Source: Laetmonice hystrix
Taxonomy: Eukaryota
Assembly: GCA_965235115.1 (NCBI GenBank)
Contig: OZ249437.1
Location: 35,650,001 to 35,714,000, forward strand
DNA length: 64,000 nucleotides
Direction: 5' to 3'
Shown: positions 1 to 13,345 of the stretch, piece after piece
Layout of the letters: each line of letters opens with the position of its first letter
Numbering within the stretch: position 1 is the first letter of the stretch
Program-made: the position numbers and the translations under genes
Notes under the pieces: generated by a model
Database searches by the model: none
Told to the model about the DNA's origin: nothing
Seen by the model: the letters and a program-made list of their open reading frames with translations, nothing else

Positions 1-3000
1 TCTGAATGACTGGTTTGCCGGTCAAGGTTCAGTCTCCAAGCTCGCTTCATTCAGACACAGCCCTTGTCATCTCAACCATTTCAGGATCAGACAAATAGAC
101 TACGGCCGTCGTGTATAAGCTATGGTTTTAGTAGCTCCACATATCATTGGAACTGGAGAGACATGCAAGATATCCTTTTCTTGCCGTCACCAGATTCCTC
201 CCACAACTTTCTAGGAAATCTATACTTCATTTACTAAGATAATTTACAAAACATTTGTTTGCAGCTCATGGACAGCAAGAAGTGGAAGCCTCTACAGATG
301 AAAGTTTTAAAACTACTAGAGATGTCCCCTGCTTCATTCTGTAATTCTGCTTCGACAAAGTCTCCCACCACTGGTGCATGACGACTTTCTCCATGGTCGT
401 GATGCTGCACCAATACAAGACGTAAAGCCCACGAAACTTTACGTTTAAATCATGACATAAAGTCTTCAGGTTTAAAACAAAACCGTGATATACCGGGATA
501 TTGGAAATTCCGAGGTTCTTTCTAGTCAGCCTTAATTTTTTTCGTTGTTCTCTGACCTTCTTTGTGAGGGTATAAATTAGAAAGAGAATGGCATGGCCGT
601 GTTTACTTGACCCCAGGATCTTGAGTTCTTCACCTTCTGAGCCAAACTACAGAACTATAGCACCCTCTGAGCACGAAATGTCAGCTTTTATTACAAAACC
701 CCATGAAAACATGTTAACCGCACCACCCTGGCACAGAGCTCCATTCTGACAAATAGTCCATATCTGTAATGGAGAACCCCATAAAGATTATTTTTCCAGC
801 TGACCCATCTCCCAACACACCCTATGTAATTTCAGCCTCCTGTCGGCTACTGCACCAGAGACTGCCTACAGCCGGTGTCAGGTGCGACATTCCATCTACG
901 GACATTAGATTAATACATGCTGACCAATGCCCCTAATGGTCATTTTGGGGCCCGCCAGCCCCTCCTCTTCTGCTGCCTTTGATGCTAATGGAAAGAGTGA
1001 GGCTGGTTTGGCATCCTGCTTAACGGTGTGCTGCAAATTGCGGTCTTACCAGCGGTCCTTCACTTAAATGCCCATACAGTGCAGCCGATTATAGATATAT
1101 AGCTTCCCGGTGTATTTATCATGGCCGATAGTGCCAGCTTGAACCCATACCCTATCCGACAGATCGGGTATAGCACTCGGATACTGTGATATTACACGGT
1201 CACATCGGAACAGGAGAACATTTCAAAAAGATCACTGAGGGTTCCGTCTCGCTGAGAACTTCCAGGGTAAAGTTTTCTTGTACCATCGATCATATTAGGT
1301 CCGACTGAGACCGTTGGAGTTAAGTAGGCGCTCCATCATGTAGTATACAGTCACATACAAAACAAAAGGAATACTCGATTGGCGAGGTCAAGATCAAACG
1401 ATTTTTACCAAACAGACAAAAGGCTGTCGTAGGTTTCTTGATTGCATCACACTCTATTTCTCCTTTTTGTGGAGGTGGCAAACATACATCATGTAACAAA
1501 AACGAACAAAAATCTGTCATAATGTGCGGTATCCGCTTCTTTCACCATCAGTCAAACTGCAGAGGAACATTGCCTTTTTCAAGTAAGCGTACTGAAACTG
1601 AATTCCGTCCAAGACAAAGAAGAGGGTATAATGATTAAGTAAGATGGAACTCATGAACAATGAACAATGCAATCAAAGAGGCGACTATCTGTGAGTGCCT
1701 CTCTTGTCATTTATTTTTCACAATTCATAGACTCCCAAACTTCTTACTGATGTTTACTTCCTTTCCTCTCACCACCTGTGTGTAGAGTAGAGTCGTTTCA
1801 TTAACCACCGGCCCCCGTGGGCTGACGGCCAAACCAAGCGCCGCGCGCTATTGTTGTTTCACGTCGCAATCCCGCCATCTCATCAGCACACGTATTATCA
1901 CAGCTGCAATGGTAATCTCCTAACTTCATCTCGACAGCTGACCACGCGTTTTCATCAGTATCCGCTTTTTGAACTTATCACAACGGTTTGGAGCGTTTAG
2001 CTGATTGTACTTCTGTCAATTCGCCCCTGGAAAGGCCGACATAATTTTGACTGTGTTTACATATGATTGTCCCAAAATGGGAACGATGTCGATGGGGCGC
2101 TGGCATATAACGACGGCGGATTGCCGCCTGATAGAAAGACTTCAGTATTAATCAATTCCGTGTCGCCCTTAAAGGATCACTTACCAACAACAACTATGAA
2201 CAACACTGAATCCTTTAATGTGGGTAATAGTAAAAACGTTCAAACTATTTGACAACAATGTTTGCAAACATATTATGAATCATAAACCAGTATTAAATTA
2301 TTTGGTATGTAAACATCCCCCACAACCCTCGTATAATTAATTTCATAGTATTGCTGATATCATACAAAATCACTGAATTGTCTACTGAAATAATAGTTTG
2401 ACTTTGAGACCCTGTATAGCTGTAGATCTAACTTGCCGATTTTAGTTAAAACGGTAGCTCCTGCTTTTAGCATCACATCTGGGAAGTCATCCTTTAACAG
2501 CCAATCAACCATGGTTGTAGCCTTTCTATAAAGGCACACAGAGCTGGTGAACTTAAACGGCAAGGGACATACCTATCTGATATAAAATCTAAATTGCTTA
2601 CATCCTCTTTAGGGATAGGTTCTACTTCCGGATGTGGTTCCAGTATTTTCTCTCTTGCATTAAACACGAAGCAATCACTTGTTGAATCTTACAACAAATT
2701 ATTACATTTTATCATATCTTTGGGTCCTCCCAATTACAGTGCAGCGCAACTGGGCTATCTCGTAAAGGGCCTTGTCCACTGGGGCGATTTTTCCCTGTGA
2801 GGTCCGTGTGATTTAAGTGCATAGACCGGAATCCAGCAGTGTTAATTACTTCCTACTCGCAGATAATTCTTCAAACGGGGTTCATCCTTTCAACTTGAAA
2901 TTGGAAATGAATAAAATAATGAGGTAAAATCGCATGCGAAATCGCCTTAATGGACAAGGCGCGTAATACCAAAATATTTACAGTTATCATTACGAGAAAG

Positions 3001-3382
3001 AAACCACGTTTTGTAGCAGAAGGATTATGTAGAATTTCAATGCAAAATTGTGGAGATCGTGTATCTCAAAGTGGTCCGTCATAAATCTGTCAAAAGATCT
3101 TCCCAAAATTACCTATCACATTACTTACCACTTTCTTTTGGACAGACATAGTGCCACAGCTATTCTGATATACACTTTGCTGTGGCATAAAGTCATTTGG
3201 TTGTGTTCAGGTGCAGTGCCATACTACCTAACCCAGTGGTGTGTTTCCATTGTGAAGAAGTGTCAAGGTACAGTGTGGAACAGTGGCCACCTCAGCTCTA
3301 AGCTATTGGTCGGCCCCATACTAATGGTGGAGCCATCCATCAGACCAGCCGCTGGGCCGTCCGGGGGGACGAGCTCCGGGCC

Positions 3383-4077
3383 GTGGGGCCCAGATCTTCC
3401 CATCTGTCAACACCCTTTGTTTCAGACGCTACACCTGACTACCACCACCAGCAGAAACAGAAGCAGAAGCAGCAGCAGCCGCAGTCGCAGCAGCCACCGC
3501 AGCCCTGTACTACTGTGGCCGAAAAGTACAAACATTCTCAGCTGGAGGATTTCGATCCTCCAGTCACAAATGTCGCTACTCGGGTCACAGAATTCGCTAC
3601 TCCGGTCAAATGTTGCTACTCGGGTCGTCAATTTCGATCCTCGGTTCGTAGATTTCGGTACGCAGGTCCAATGTTGCGCAATAACCTGAGTAGCGAAATC
3701 TGCAAGCCGAGTAGCATTATTGGACCCGAGTAGCGAAATCTTCAAGCCGAGGATGGATATCGTCGAACCGAGAAGCAACATTTGATCAGAGTAGTGACAT
3801 TTGTGACCCGAGGATCGAAATCCTCCAGCCGAGAATATTTGTACTTTTCGGCCACAGTACTTTCCCGACCTTTCATGCCGCCCCCTGCCGAAGCCAGGCG
3901 CGCGGAACTATTTAGACGTCGCAAGTCCTTTCGCCCATTTCGGCAGCGTTACGCCAGGTTCTTATGGACCGTGAAATATTAGCCTGTCGTCGAGGATGGG
4001 GGTATACCCACTGGATTGTCAACGCCTTTCCCCGCCGACAGTGTCTTTATTCATCTGACCACCAGTGCGTGGAAATG
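3383..4077 (+). pseudogene. Gln-rich ORF relic of unknown function interrupted by the 3513-3857 MITE
   Basis: Removing the MITE and one TA joins HHQQKQKQKQQQPQSQQPPQPCT in frame to TFPTFHAAPCRSQARGTI*TSQVLSPISAALRQVLMDREILACRRGWGYTHWIVNAFPRR, with one stop. No family recognised. Confidence 0.2.
3513..3857. mobile_element. Foldback MITE with TA target-site duplication (Tc1/mariner/pogo-type, non-autonomous)
   Basis: TA at 3511-3512 and 3858-3859. Left end CTGTGGCCGAAAAGTACAAA matches the reverse complement of the right end TTTGTACTTTTCGGCCACAG. The TIR continues ~65 bp with few mismatches. The interior is ~20-bp modules containing GCTACTCGG on the left arm and CCGAGTAGC on the right arm. Confidence 0.85.
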
Positions 4078-7000
4078 TAATCTGGCCATGTTGGCACATC
4101 TCATTCAGCCGCTGTCCCCCAGCACACAAGTTTGGTCATATCACGCTCCCATGCAGATACCGTTCTGTGAATACTTCCCACCAACCCCCTTCCCCCTATC
4201 TGAACGCGCAGGTTTCCTCGTCTGGCAAAGATCGGGATGCTTGCCTCAGCAAAACGGCGTATTCAATACAGATTTAAGTCGACATGCAGTGGGGGTAGTT
4301 CCGTAACACAGCGGAAATCTATCAATAATAGCGCGGGCGTGGGATGTGTGCATTTCATATTAATCTTCTTATAAATAAGAAGTCGATGTTTTTGTAATGA
4401 CCTGTCACTTCTATTTATTACACAGAATACGGCGATGAACTGCACGGGACAAATATATTTACCGTGATGACATCGCAGCCTTTCAATGGACTAAACTCAA
4501 GTCTTGATTTATCTGACCCTGCACTTTTTGACTTTGTTGACCCACAGTATCCAGTGCGATTTGTTTCAAATTGCGAACTGGGGCTTCCCTCCAGCTCTAG
4601 GGTTCTTCAAGGTTGGTTTCAACTATACGTCCACTGAGTTTATTACGCGGTCAGCTCAAATAACATCTACAGAACTTGGACATGTATGACATTCTGGAAG
4701 AACTCTTCCCTTATACGAAAAAAGACCTAGGCACATATTGGAAATAGCTTTCAGTGAAGGCAAAGTAATGTTCGATGAAAAGATAATCTCCACTCAATAT
4801 CAGTATGATCTGGTTTTCGACGTAACGACTGACCTCTATCATGACATCATATGACAGACAATACATCAAATATCAGTAACCAACACACTCCGTGTCCAAA
4901 TGGATTACCGAAAACATCCAAAGTTAAGTCTCTCTTGTATAATACTGATAGTCTCTACAATACCTGCTATAGTGATGATTCTCTGGCTTAAGCTTGCAAC
5001 GTCAGACGGCAATTCTTACCTGTAATAAAATAAACAGATTATGTTAAGGCCGCTCTCCATACATGTACATAGGAAATCGTACGTTTAGAGATTCTGACTT
5101 TATCTACACTACTAGCCTTGTTCTTACGACGCTGCTCTCGTCAGACTAGCTGTCAGACTGTGCCTGATAAAATGCTGCCAGATATTTCGTCCAACCACAA
5201 AATACGTGACGGAGGGAGAGAGAGAGATGAAGCGTGAATGAGACGATCTGCACCTCGCGGCGGGGATCTTACTTTATATATGAAAAGTGCTCCAGCATGT
5301 TCTCCAGGGTTACTGCTGGAGCTCAATCTAAACTCTGAAAACACATGGGATTATAAATTGTACACTCAGATTTTCTTCCTCGTCAGATGTGTCAGGGGTT
5401 TCTTTGTGGCCATTTTAAAGTAAAAGTGAAATTAAATATGATTTTAGGAAAATTACTACTCAGTACACTAACAGCAGCAAGATATTAGAAACCATTGTTC
5501 AGCGCATAAAAAGAAAATTTTGTAATAGTTGTTGTGTATTCTATCCCAGGCTAACGCATTATCCAGTATGACATTGTGCATATAAGATCCCGCACTGAAA
5601 CATTTTGATTTTGAACAAAGAGTTTTCCGTCGTTTCATCTTGAGTATGCCTGGTTTCATGCCAGGACAAATTTATTGACCTACGTGTTTCCTGCTTGCAT
5701 GCCCGACTGATCTTTCTTTCAGGTAATGAGAAGATAATGACTCATTACTACATAAAATGAGCATTATTATCTGTCTACACGGTCGTGTAACTTGATCACG
5801 TAGTTACCGTGCCAGCTTGGCGTCCCTGGCTCACCGACTACAGCCGAGATCAATGCCGAAACAAAATACACCTACACGTCACATCATGTCCAACTTATCT
5901 ACAGTCGGCAGCTTTCAACTTAGATGTTCAAAGGTCATGTCCTATATGTATAACAATCTCACGTTAACCCTTTGGTTTAGGAACTATGGCCCATGGTTCT
6001 CGTGATCTTGTCCATGTGTAGCGAGTATAATTTCCTCTAATACAATGCCGGCCATGATATTACGCCGTCAGAGATGCGCGTTTGTGCAAACATTAGGACC
6101 TGATCACTGATCTAAGATTCCAACCCACGCCTCTACACCGTGCTTCCTGCCTCCATAAAACCTGGTCATTTCGGCACGTAAGATATATCCGGCAGCTAAC
6201 CATGGGGAAAAGCTTCTAATCTACAACGAAGGCAAAGTTCCGCAAGACATAGCGTAGGAAGGCGCAATGATGGAGTCTAGAAGTATCTTAGAAACTTACT
6301 CAGCCGAAGCCAAGTTCCTCTAAGGATGCAGTAAGTACTGGTACTGCAACTAAACTAGTCATATCGAAGAACGTCAATAACCTTGATGAGAGTAGGCAGT
6401 TTAGGTTTTAGGTTCTTTGATGACTTAAAGCTCGCTTAAGACCTTCGGCATCACACCATTGGCAGTAAAAACAGAGAGTATTTCCTACAGTATCTGGTAT
6501 AACTTTGTGAGCCATCAATAGAGGTTCTCTTTGCTCTGCAGGCTTGTATGTACTCATTAGTGAGTTTAAGCCTTCCCAGTGAAGTAAAAACACCCAATGA
6601 TTTGTATCTAGAACAGATATCTGCGCGGAAACATGTCCGACCATATGGAATGTATGTAGCCTGGGACCGTATATGTCACTACTACCTTAATTCTCACACA
6701 GTCACATTCAATGTCCGACATCAACATGTGAAGGGAGCCAGCTGACTTTATACGATCAATCAGAACGTCATGTATTGTTCCTGTATTCCTGCTATCACAC
6801 TTCTAGGCAACAGGGAACAAATATAATGTTTAGTACCTACAGGAAAACGTGGAAACAGACCCATATTTGGTCGGAAACAAGTATAGGAAACAATATAGAA
6901 CTTATGGTCTTCCGTGTTTGAAAAATGAAAGAAAGCGCGGTCGCCTTTCTTGGCACTACCAATCCCTTAATATTTCTACGCACGTGGAATTGGGCCTCAC

Positions 7001-10000
7001 ATTATAGCTAGTGGCGTCGAGGGGAGGGGGGGGGGGCTAGTGCCCCGGGGCCCGGGCCAGTTCTGGGGGGCCCGGGCCAAGCTGGATTTTTCTTTTCGCC
7101 TCTCAGCACCACTTGCCCACTCTTTACACCGGTCCGTCCCGGAATTAGCCGACTCCGACTCGTGGCTCCACCTCTCGCCGCAGTTGAGCATCCGACGGTG
7201 CCCTTTCCAGATGCTAATGATGCCGTCGTGTCTGGCCAATAATGGCTGCCAGGAGACGCCAGTGACGTGTGTATTTTAGCACGTCTTGTTACGGTCCGTA
7301 TCTAAATCACAGGGTTGAGGCCCGACGCTCACTGTGCGTCCTACCTGCAAATTCCAGTACCGTACCGGGCAAGTTCCGCAGGGCGATACTGCGCATGCGT
7401 CCGGGAACTACGTAACCGGAAATTCAAAAGTACATGGCTTCAGCATAGCGAACACCATCGAATCTTTCAGATAGAAGAATTTTTAAATTACTATGCCGGT
7501 GTCCTCCATCACAAGGGAATGGGCATAATGCTGCAGGGCATTGGGACCAGACGTACCGTCCGTGTGAATGGCCACATGCGCTCTGCCTTCACAGTGCCAA
7601 CATCAGTTAATCCAATGAAATCCTTCAAAAGATCTCACCATTTCCGTTTGTGGCTACCCTACTCTCTCCTCAAATCGCTGAATCTCTGACAAAAAAGACC
7701 CACAAAATCACACACATTTCCTCTGCACTTTGATTACAAGCACAATGAAAATCCTTTAAATCCCTTCCCTTACGTCCTTTTATTTAACCGACATCTCAAT
7801 GCCACAGAGTTTTTACTTTTTTTCATCCGTTCCTAACAGGTGTTTTGTGGGCCCCAATCCTTCAAAAGAAGCCGGATGGCTGTTGGCCAGGCTGATACCG
7901 TGCCGTTGAGTTTGGTAAGTTGACGCCTTCAGTCCAGCCGGTCCAATCCGCCCCCCCCCCCCCCTCCCGGCCCCAGGGGAGACGCTTTGAGCCGACCCCT
8001 CCACACGCGCCATTGTTGTTGTCTCCGCCGCCCTAATGAACACAAAGTGCATGTGCAGCCCTTCCTCCTCTTCCTCATCAAGCCGTAACTGATGATGATG
8101 AGTCTAGAAGAAGAGCGGCGCGTTGCCAGAAATACGACCAGAAATAAGGCGTCGGCACTCATCCTTTTGTGGCGCTGCCCTTTGCTGGCCAGGTCATCAG
8201 CGGTCACAAACGTGGAAGGTCTCATCAAGCAATAGGTTTATGACCGCTGGTTGACGTATTATCTTCTACCGTTCGTGTGGGACAGCATCTGACGTACATG
8301 TTCCTGTAACCGAGTTGTGCAAACCTTAAGGTTCTTGTATTCCGTGCAGCTTTTGTTGTTTAAACACAGCTTAATCTTGAATAGTCTGAACAAAAACGAT
8401 ATCGTTGAGGTTCAGTGAATACTATACACATTGCCCTGCCTTTTGCTTTTCACCTGAATCCGCCTTTTCATCAGTCGGATCATCAGTACTGGTCAGACTC
8501 GTCAGATATTTAAATAAATCTGCATATCTGGAGCTTCAAGGCAACTTCTGCAGAACTGGCTACTAAACTTCAATATTCTCTACGTGGCCTTTCAGTTGGA
8601 AACGCAGTAAAAACTTTAAATGGTTCCCACATCTTTCAATGTAGTCAAACTTGTTGACCAAATGTTACGGGATAAGATTGAGATGCTATATACGCATCTC
8701 CCGGGATCAGCTGCCATTGTCCACCCTAACAAACACTGAAGATCGATATGTCTCAGCCACGTCAAAGACTACATACTATTGTTAGGTTCACTACAGGAAT
8801 CTCTGAGGCGACTGCTGACCCCCCCCCCCCCCCCACAGTCGCTCTGAGAACAGGTCCCTTTGGGTAACCCCCCCCCCCCTTCACTTCTATCCCGCCAAAC
8901 CTACCTAAACAAGGCTATTCATGACCCGAATTTGGCCTTTAATGCATCTATCTTCCCGGCACAGCGACAAATTCGCCTTGCAAAGCGACGTGCTTTCTTC
9001 CAAGTGGTGCTTGCTGCCTGTCAATCATGGCCTTGAGCAACTGGAGTGTAATCTCGATAACCTCGGTCCAGCCGGGAATGATGGACATATCAGAGCTGGC
9101 CAAACTCCTTCTGAGGCGAACAAATGGAGGCGATTCATAACGGAGCAAACAGACCCAGACCAACCGCTCCATGAAACCAACGACTTTTTCGTGCCTTTTC
9201 TTTTTTCTATTCTTTGTCGAAAGCTGTCATTTTCGGCTTTTCCAAGAAAAGTGATTTCTCGAAGGGTTTATAATCTATGTTTTCCCGATTTTATGGCACA
9301 TCAGTTACTCGGAAGACAAAGAGTGCTGATATCGCATGCTTAGATACGCAGACAAATCACCAGTCTCCAGAGAACCATTCCTTGAGAAAGCAAAGCCCCA
9401 AAGACTACCCTTCTCGTCTGTAAGGAACAAGCCAGGGTTTTTTTTATTGCTTGACATCCAACGGCGGAAAAATAATCAATAAATGAACCCATCTCAAATT
9501 AAGCCAATATATCCGACAGCCAACCATAATTCTGCACCTTTAAAGACATTAAGGTTTCTTGACAAATACAGAATGTCAATAAATATTTTACAGCTCAACA
9601 TTTTCTGTCTATTGGCTTCAAACGAAAACCATCGTAATTTTAGCCATAAAATCCATCCGCATGATAAGCGCTGGCGTAATTAGCACTGATGTCCCTAAAT
9701 CAACACGCGACGCAGCATTAGAAGCAAGCATTGTCTGGCATGCGATGACAACATTCATGTAAGTTTTGGCATATCCGTAATTCATACTGGCTAGAAACCA
9801 TTCAGATAATGGATTTAATACGGAGAAACATTCATATTCACTTTGCTGTAGCCTCAATGTCCAAAATTTAGTTTTACTTTTAGTTTTAGATTTAGTGGCA
9901 TTGTAGGCTCTCCACTAAGGCGATCATCCGATAAAGCGACAAGCCGATCTTTGCTGTCATCGGATGGAAATCGCTTGGGTGAAGCGAACGAACGATATTG

Positions 10001-10164
10001 AACCGAAAGGCGTCTCCACTGCCTGCTCCACTAAGGCGATCATCCGATAAATCGGAAAGATAGAAATCGCTTGGTGAAGCGAACGAACGATACTGAACCG
10101 AAAGGCGTCTCCACTGCCCGCCGCGAACATTATCGTTTATCGTTATCGGTGTACCCAATAGCCG

Positions 10165-12945
10165 CTTCCCCTGGGAACTACTCTGGGGTTACCCAGCTGC
10201 AATTTTGCAGAGGTGGCCAAATATGGCTGTCAAATATGTGGTTACAATTTCAAGAAATTCGGAGACATCAACTTTTTTGCCATTGGTTCAACATGGAATG
10301 ACCCACCTGCGAATGTCAAAAAAATGGCTGTATTCATGATACATTAAAGACTGGAAGGAAAGCTAGCATATTACTGATTTTTTGTCAACTGTACATATGT
10401 ATGTCCTTATTATTTGAAAAAAGTTTGGAGACTGTGCTCTCAATCCCTTTTGTGTGACAATTTTTCATATGTGGGGCCTGATACCATATTTTTCATTTTT
10501 TTGCCATTTTTGATAGGACTTCATTAAAAATCTATATCTATATCTGTAATATATTTTCTTAAAAGAACTCCCCATAGACTATCCATGTGCCAAATTTGAA
10601 ATAAAAATATTGAAAACTAACTTTTTTAGAGCACTTTAACCCTCTATTAACCACACACCCTTTTATTAGAGTGAAAATTATTTCCACTTGTTAAAATGTT
10701 GCTTTGGGTGCAATTAATCACTACAGCGACTTGGTTTCGAATTTGACCTACTTGACCTTGCTACAGAAAATGTAGCACGTGAGCTACACTGGTAAATAGC
10801 CAGTCGAACTGGGGCTCAGTCAGTCGGGGAGCAGTCAGTCTGGGGAGCAGTCAGTCAAGGGGGTGGGGGCAGTCGGGGTGCCCATCTGTGGGGGTGGGGT
10901 CAGTCTGGGGTGGGGGCTCAGAGGAGGTAAGTATGGGGGTCTGTCAGTCGGGGGCTTAGTCAGGGCGGGGGTGGGAGAAGGTCAGAAAATGTTGCACGTG
11001 AGCTACACTGGTAAATATACAGCAAACCAGACTGGGGCTCAGTCAGTCGGGGAGCAGTCAGTCGGGGGAGCAGTCAGTTGATAGGGGGTAGTTGGGTGTG
11101 CATATCTGTAGGGGAAGGGCGGGGTTCAGTAGGGGGTGGGGGCTCAGAGGGGGTAAGTAAGTAGGGGGGTCAGTCAGTTGGGGTCAGTCAGTCGGAGGTG
11201 AGTCAGTCAGTCGGGGGTGGGGGAATTCAGTTAGGCCGGGGGAGGGGGGGGGGCAGTCACAGGGGCTCAATCGGTGTGTGTGTGTGGGGGGGGGTTAGTA
11301 GGGGGTGGGGCTGGATTAGTGGGGGTGACTCGGGGGGGGGGGGTTAGTAGGGAGGGGTCAGTCGGGGGTCAGAGGTCAACCGGGGGAGCCCTGACTATGA
11401 GCCCCGACTTACCCCTGCCACGACTCATCCCCTGACTGACCCCGCCCCCCGGATGACCCCCCTAACACACACACCCCGACCGAGCCCCAGACTGACTAAC
11501 CCTCCGGGTGTGTAAAAGGGTGTGGGGGTGTGGAGTTAGTCAGGGGTGAGGGTCAATGGGGTGAATCTTGGGATAGTCAGCCGGGGATCGGTCAGTCGGG
11601 TGTCGGTCAGTCAAGGGGGGGGGGGTCTGTCAGGGGGTTGTGTTGGGGGCAGTCTGTCAGGGGAGGGGGTTATGTCAGGGGGGGGGGCAGTCAGTCGGAG
11701 GGCAGTCAGTCTAGGGCTCATTCGGGATGGGTGTGTGTGTGTGGGGGGGGGGGGCTCAGCCACGTTCGGGGGTCATTGGCGGTGACTCGTGGGGGGAATT
11801 TAAAAGGGGGGGTCACTAGGGGGGCGGTCAATCGGGGGAACCCTGACCGAGTCCCCGACTCGCCCCACACTCCCAACTTAACCCCTGACACACACACACT
11901 AACCCCACACCCCCGAGTGACCCCTCCAACACACCCCCAAATGACCCCCACACTGACTGACCCTAACTGATCCATGGGATATTTACCAGTGTAGCATGTG
12001 TGCTACACAGAATTTGGCATGCTCCGCTTCAAAATTGATGGACCATTTTTTAAAAAGTATTGTATGCATACATAAACTATAGATGTTCTAGGTATCAAAT
12101 GACAACAAATTTCAGAAGTATTTATAGTGTAGGGTACTGAGATTATCAAAGAACCCCCCCACCTTCAATCTACTCTGGTTTCCACCGGTAGAGGCGGCCA
12201 TCTTGTCTACCGGCTCATAGGCAATCAATTAAGGGTGCTGCCAATTAGTGTTTATTAAACGACCTAGTAGTAGTAGCTTATATACTACGTTGGTTAATAA
12301 AGGTAAACACGAAATAAATTGGCCACCAAATTAGCCCTATTAATCCATGTAGCACGTGAGCTACACTGGTTAATAGAGGGTTAAACTTTCAGAAATATCC
12401 ATCTCCTCCAAAAAGTCGGATATCACTATGCTTAAGGTCAAAGAACTAGGAATTTTTAGCATAAATGAACCATTTTGGACTATGATTATATAGGAATATG
12501 GCCTGTAAGCATTCCCTGAAAGTTTTGTGAAGATCTATAAAGAATTAAAGAAAATATGCCTTTTCAAATAGGAAAAACCCTGTTGCACAGCTAAATATTT
12601 TAGGTAAAAATTGGCCAAAACGCCATTTTGGCACCACTCGTACAGAAACAATATTCCCAGGATGAACCTGTTGTCTTGTATTTTGCATATACCTACCAAG
12701 GACAGTAAGTTAATAAAATATGGGAATACTCACTCTTATAATTGTGCTGTTATAGGTCCTCAAAATCGGAACAAAAATAAGCGAAACTTAGGTCTGGAAA
12801 GGGTCCAAGGGGTGAACAATTTAAAAAGCCATATCTCGAAAACTATTTGGAGTACAGAAATAAAATTTTGCATGGCCCCATGAATTGGATCAAAGTATTT
12901 ATGAGTAAAATTTCTTTAAAATCTAAAATCTAATTTATCTTCGTC
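10165..12945. mobile_element. Unclassified AT-rich non-autonomous repeat inserted in the Harbinger element, itself split by the piggyBac-like element (boundaries approximate)
   Basis: It interrupts Harbinger subterminal/internal sequence. It contains phrases typical of invertebrate non-autonomous elements (CCAAATTTGAAAT, AAGCCATATCTCGAAAAC, AAAATTTTGCATGG). The flanks of the inner TTAA insertion rejoin as GAGCACTTTAAACTTTCAG. No TIR or TSD identified. Confidence 0.35.
10640..12380. mobile_element. piggyBac-like non-autonomous element (1741 bp) with G-rich/C-rich interior
   Basis: TTAA at 10636-10639 and 12381-12384. Perfect 14-bp TIR CCCTCTATTAACCA / TGGTTAATAGAGGG with CCC..GGG termini. No transposase ORF. 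Confidence 0.85.
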
Positions 12946-13039
12946 GATGTTGGCGGGGAGGGAAGAGCCAGTGATGGGGGGGGGGGGGGGGGGTCAGATC
13001 TGGCGCCAATCCACATTCCATGATTATATAAATGGTCCA

Positions 13040-13140
13040 ACAAAATTTAGTATTTTTCGGCGCGAAATCGAAATGATATCAAGAAATGTGGATAAAGTGA
13101 TCCTCGCTGGAGTTGTACTTCACAACTATTGTCGGCGCTA
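13040..13140 (+). pseudogene. C-terminal fragment of a PIF/Harbinger (HARBI1-like) DDE transposase
   Basis: Translation TKFSIFRREIEMISRNVDKVILAGVVLHNYCRR matches the family's conserved RF-x-IF...NV-xx-hh-x-A-xx-hLHN-x-x-R tail. The upstream catalytic region is missing. Confidence 0.7.
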
Positions 13141-13189
13141 CCCCGTAGGTACGCCACTGCACAATCTGGACTGACATCGGGCCCCTCCC

Positions 13190-13345
13190 TTGATGGTTCC
13201 GCTCTGATGGCCCATCTCTTCCTTTTTTATGTGCTACAGATGCTGCAGTTCGATTTCGAATATTTTTTTACGCTTTCCATATTCGGTAATGATCGTCTTT
13301 TCTTGCACATTTCTTGCTGTTCGAACCGTCTTGTCACGCGGTCAT
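13190..13345 (-). pseudogene. Possible C-terminal tail of the Harbinger Myb/SANT-like partner protein, convergent with the transposase
   Basis: Minus-strand translation KTVRTARNVQEKTIITEYGKRKKIFEIELQHL*HIKKEEMGH is a charged, coiled-coil-like tail. Its position matches the two-gene convergent Harbinger layout. The DNA-binding domain itself is not seen. Confidence 0.3.

Noticed and set aside
8185-8700. FVTADDLA as a LINE reverse-transcriptase YADD motif
   Set aside because: It has T instead of Y/F, and there is no GxPQGS motif at the right distance (the nearest look-alike is ~150 codons away).
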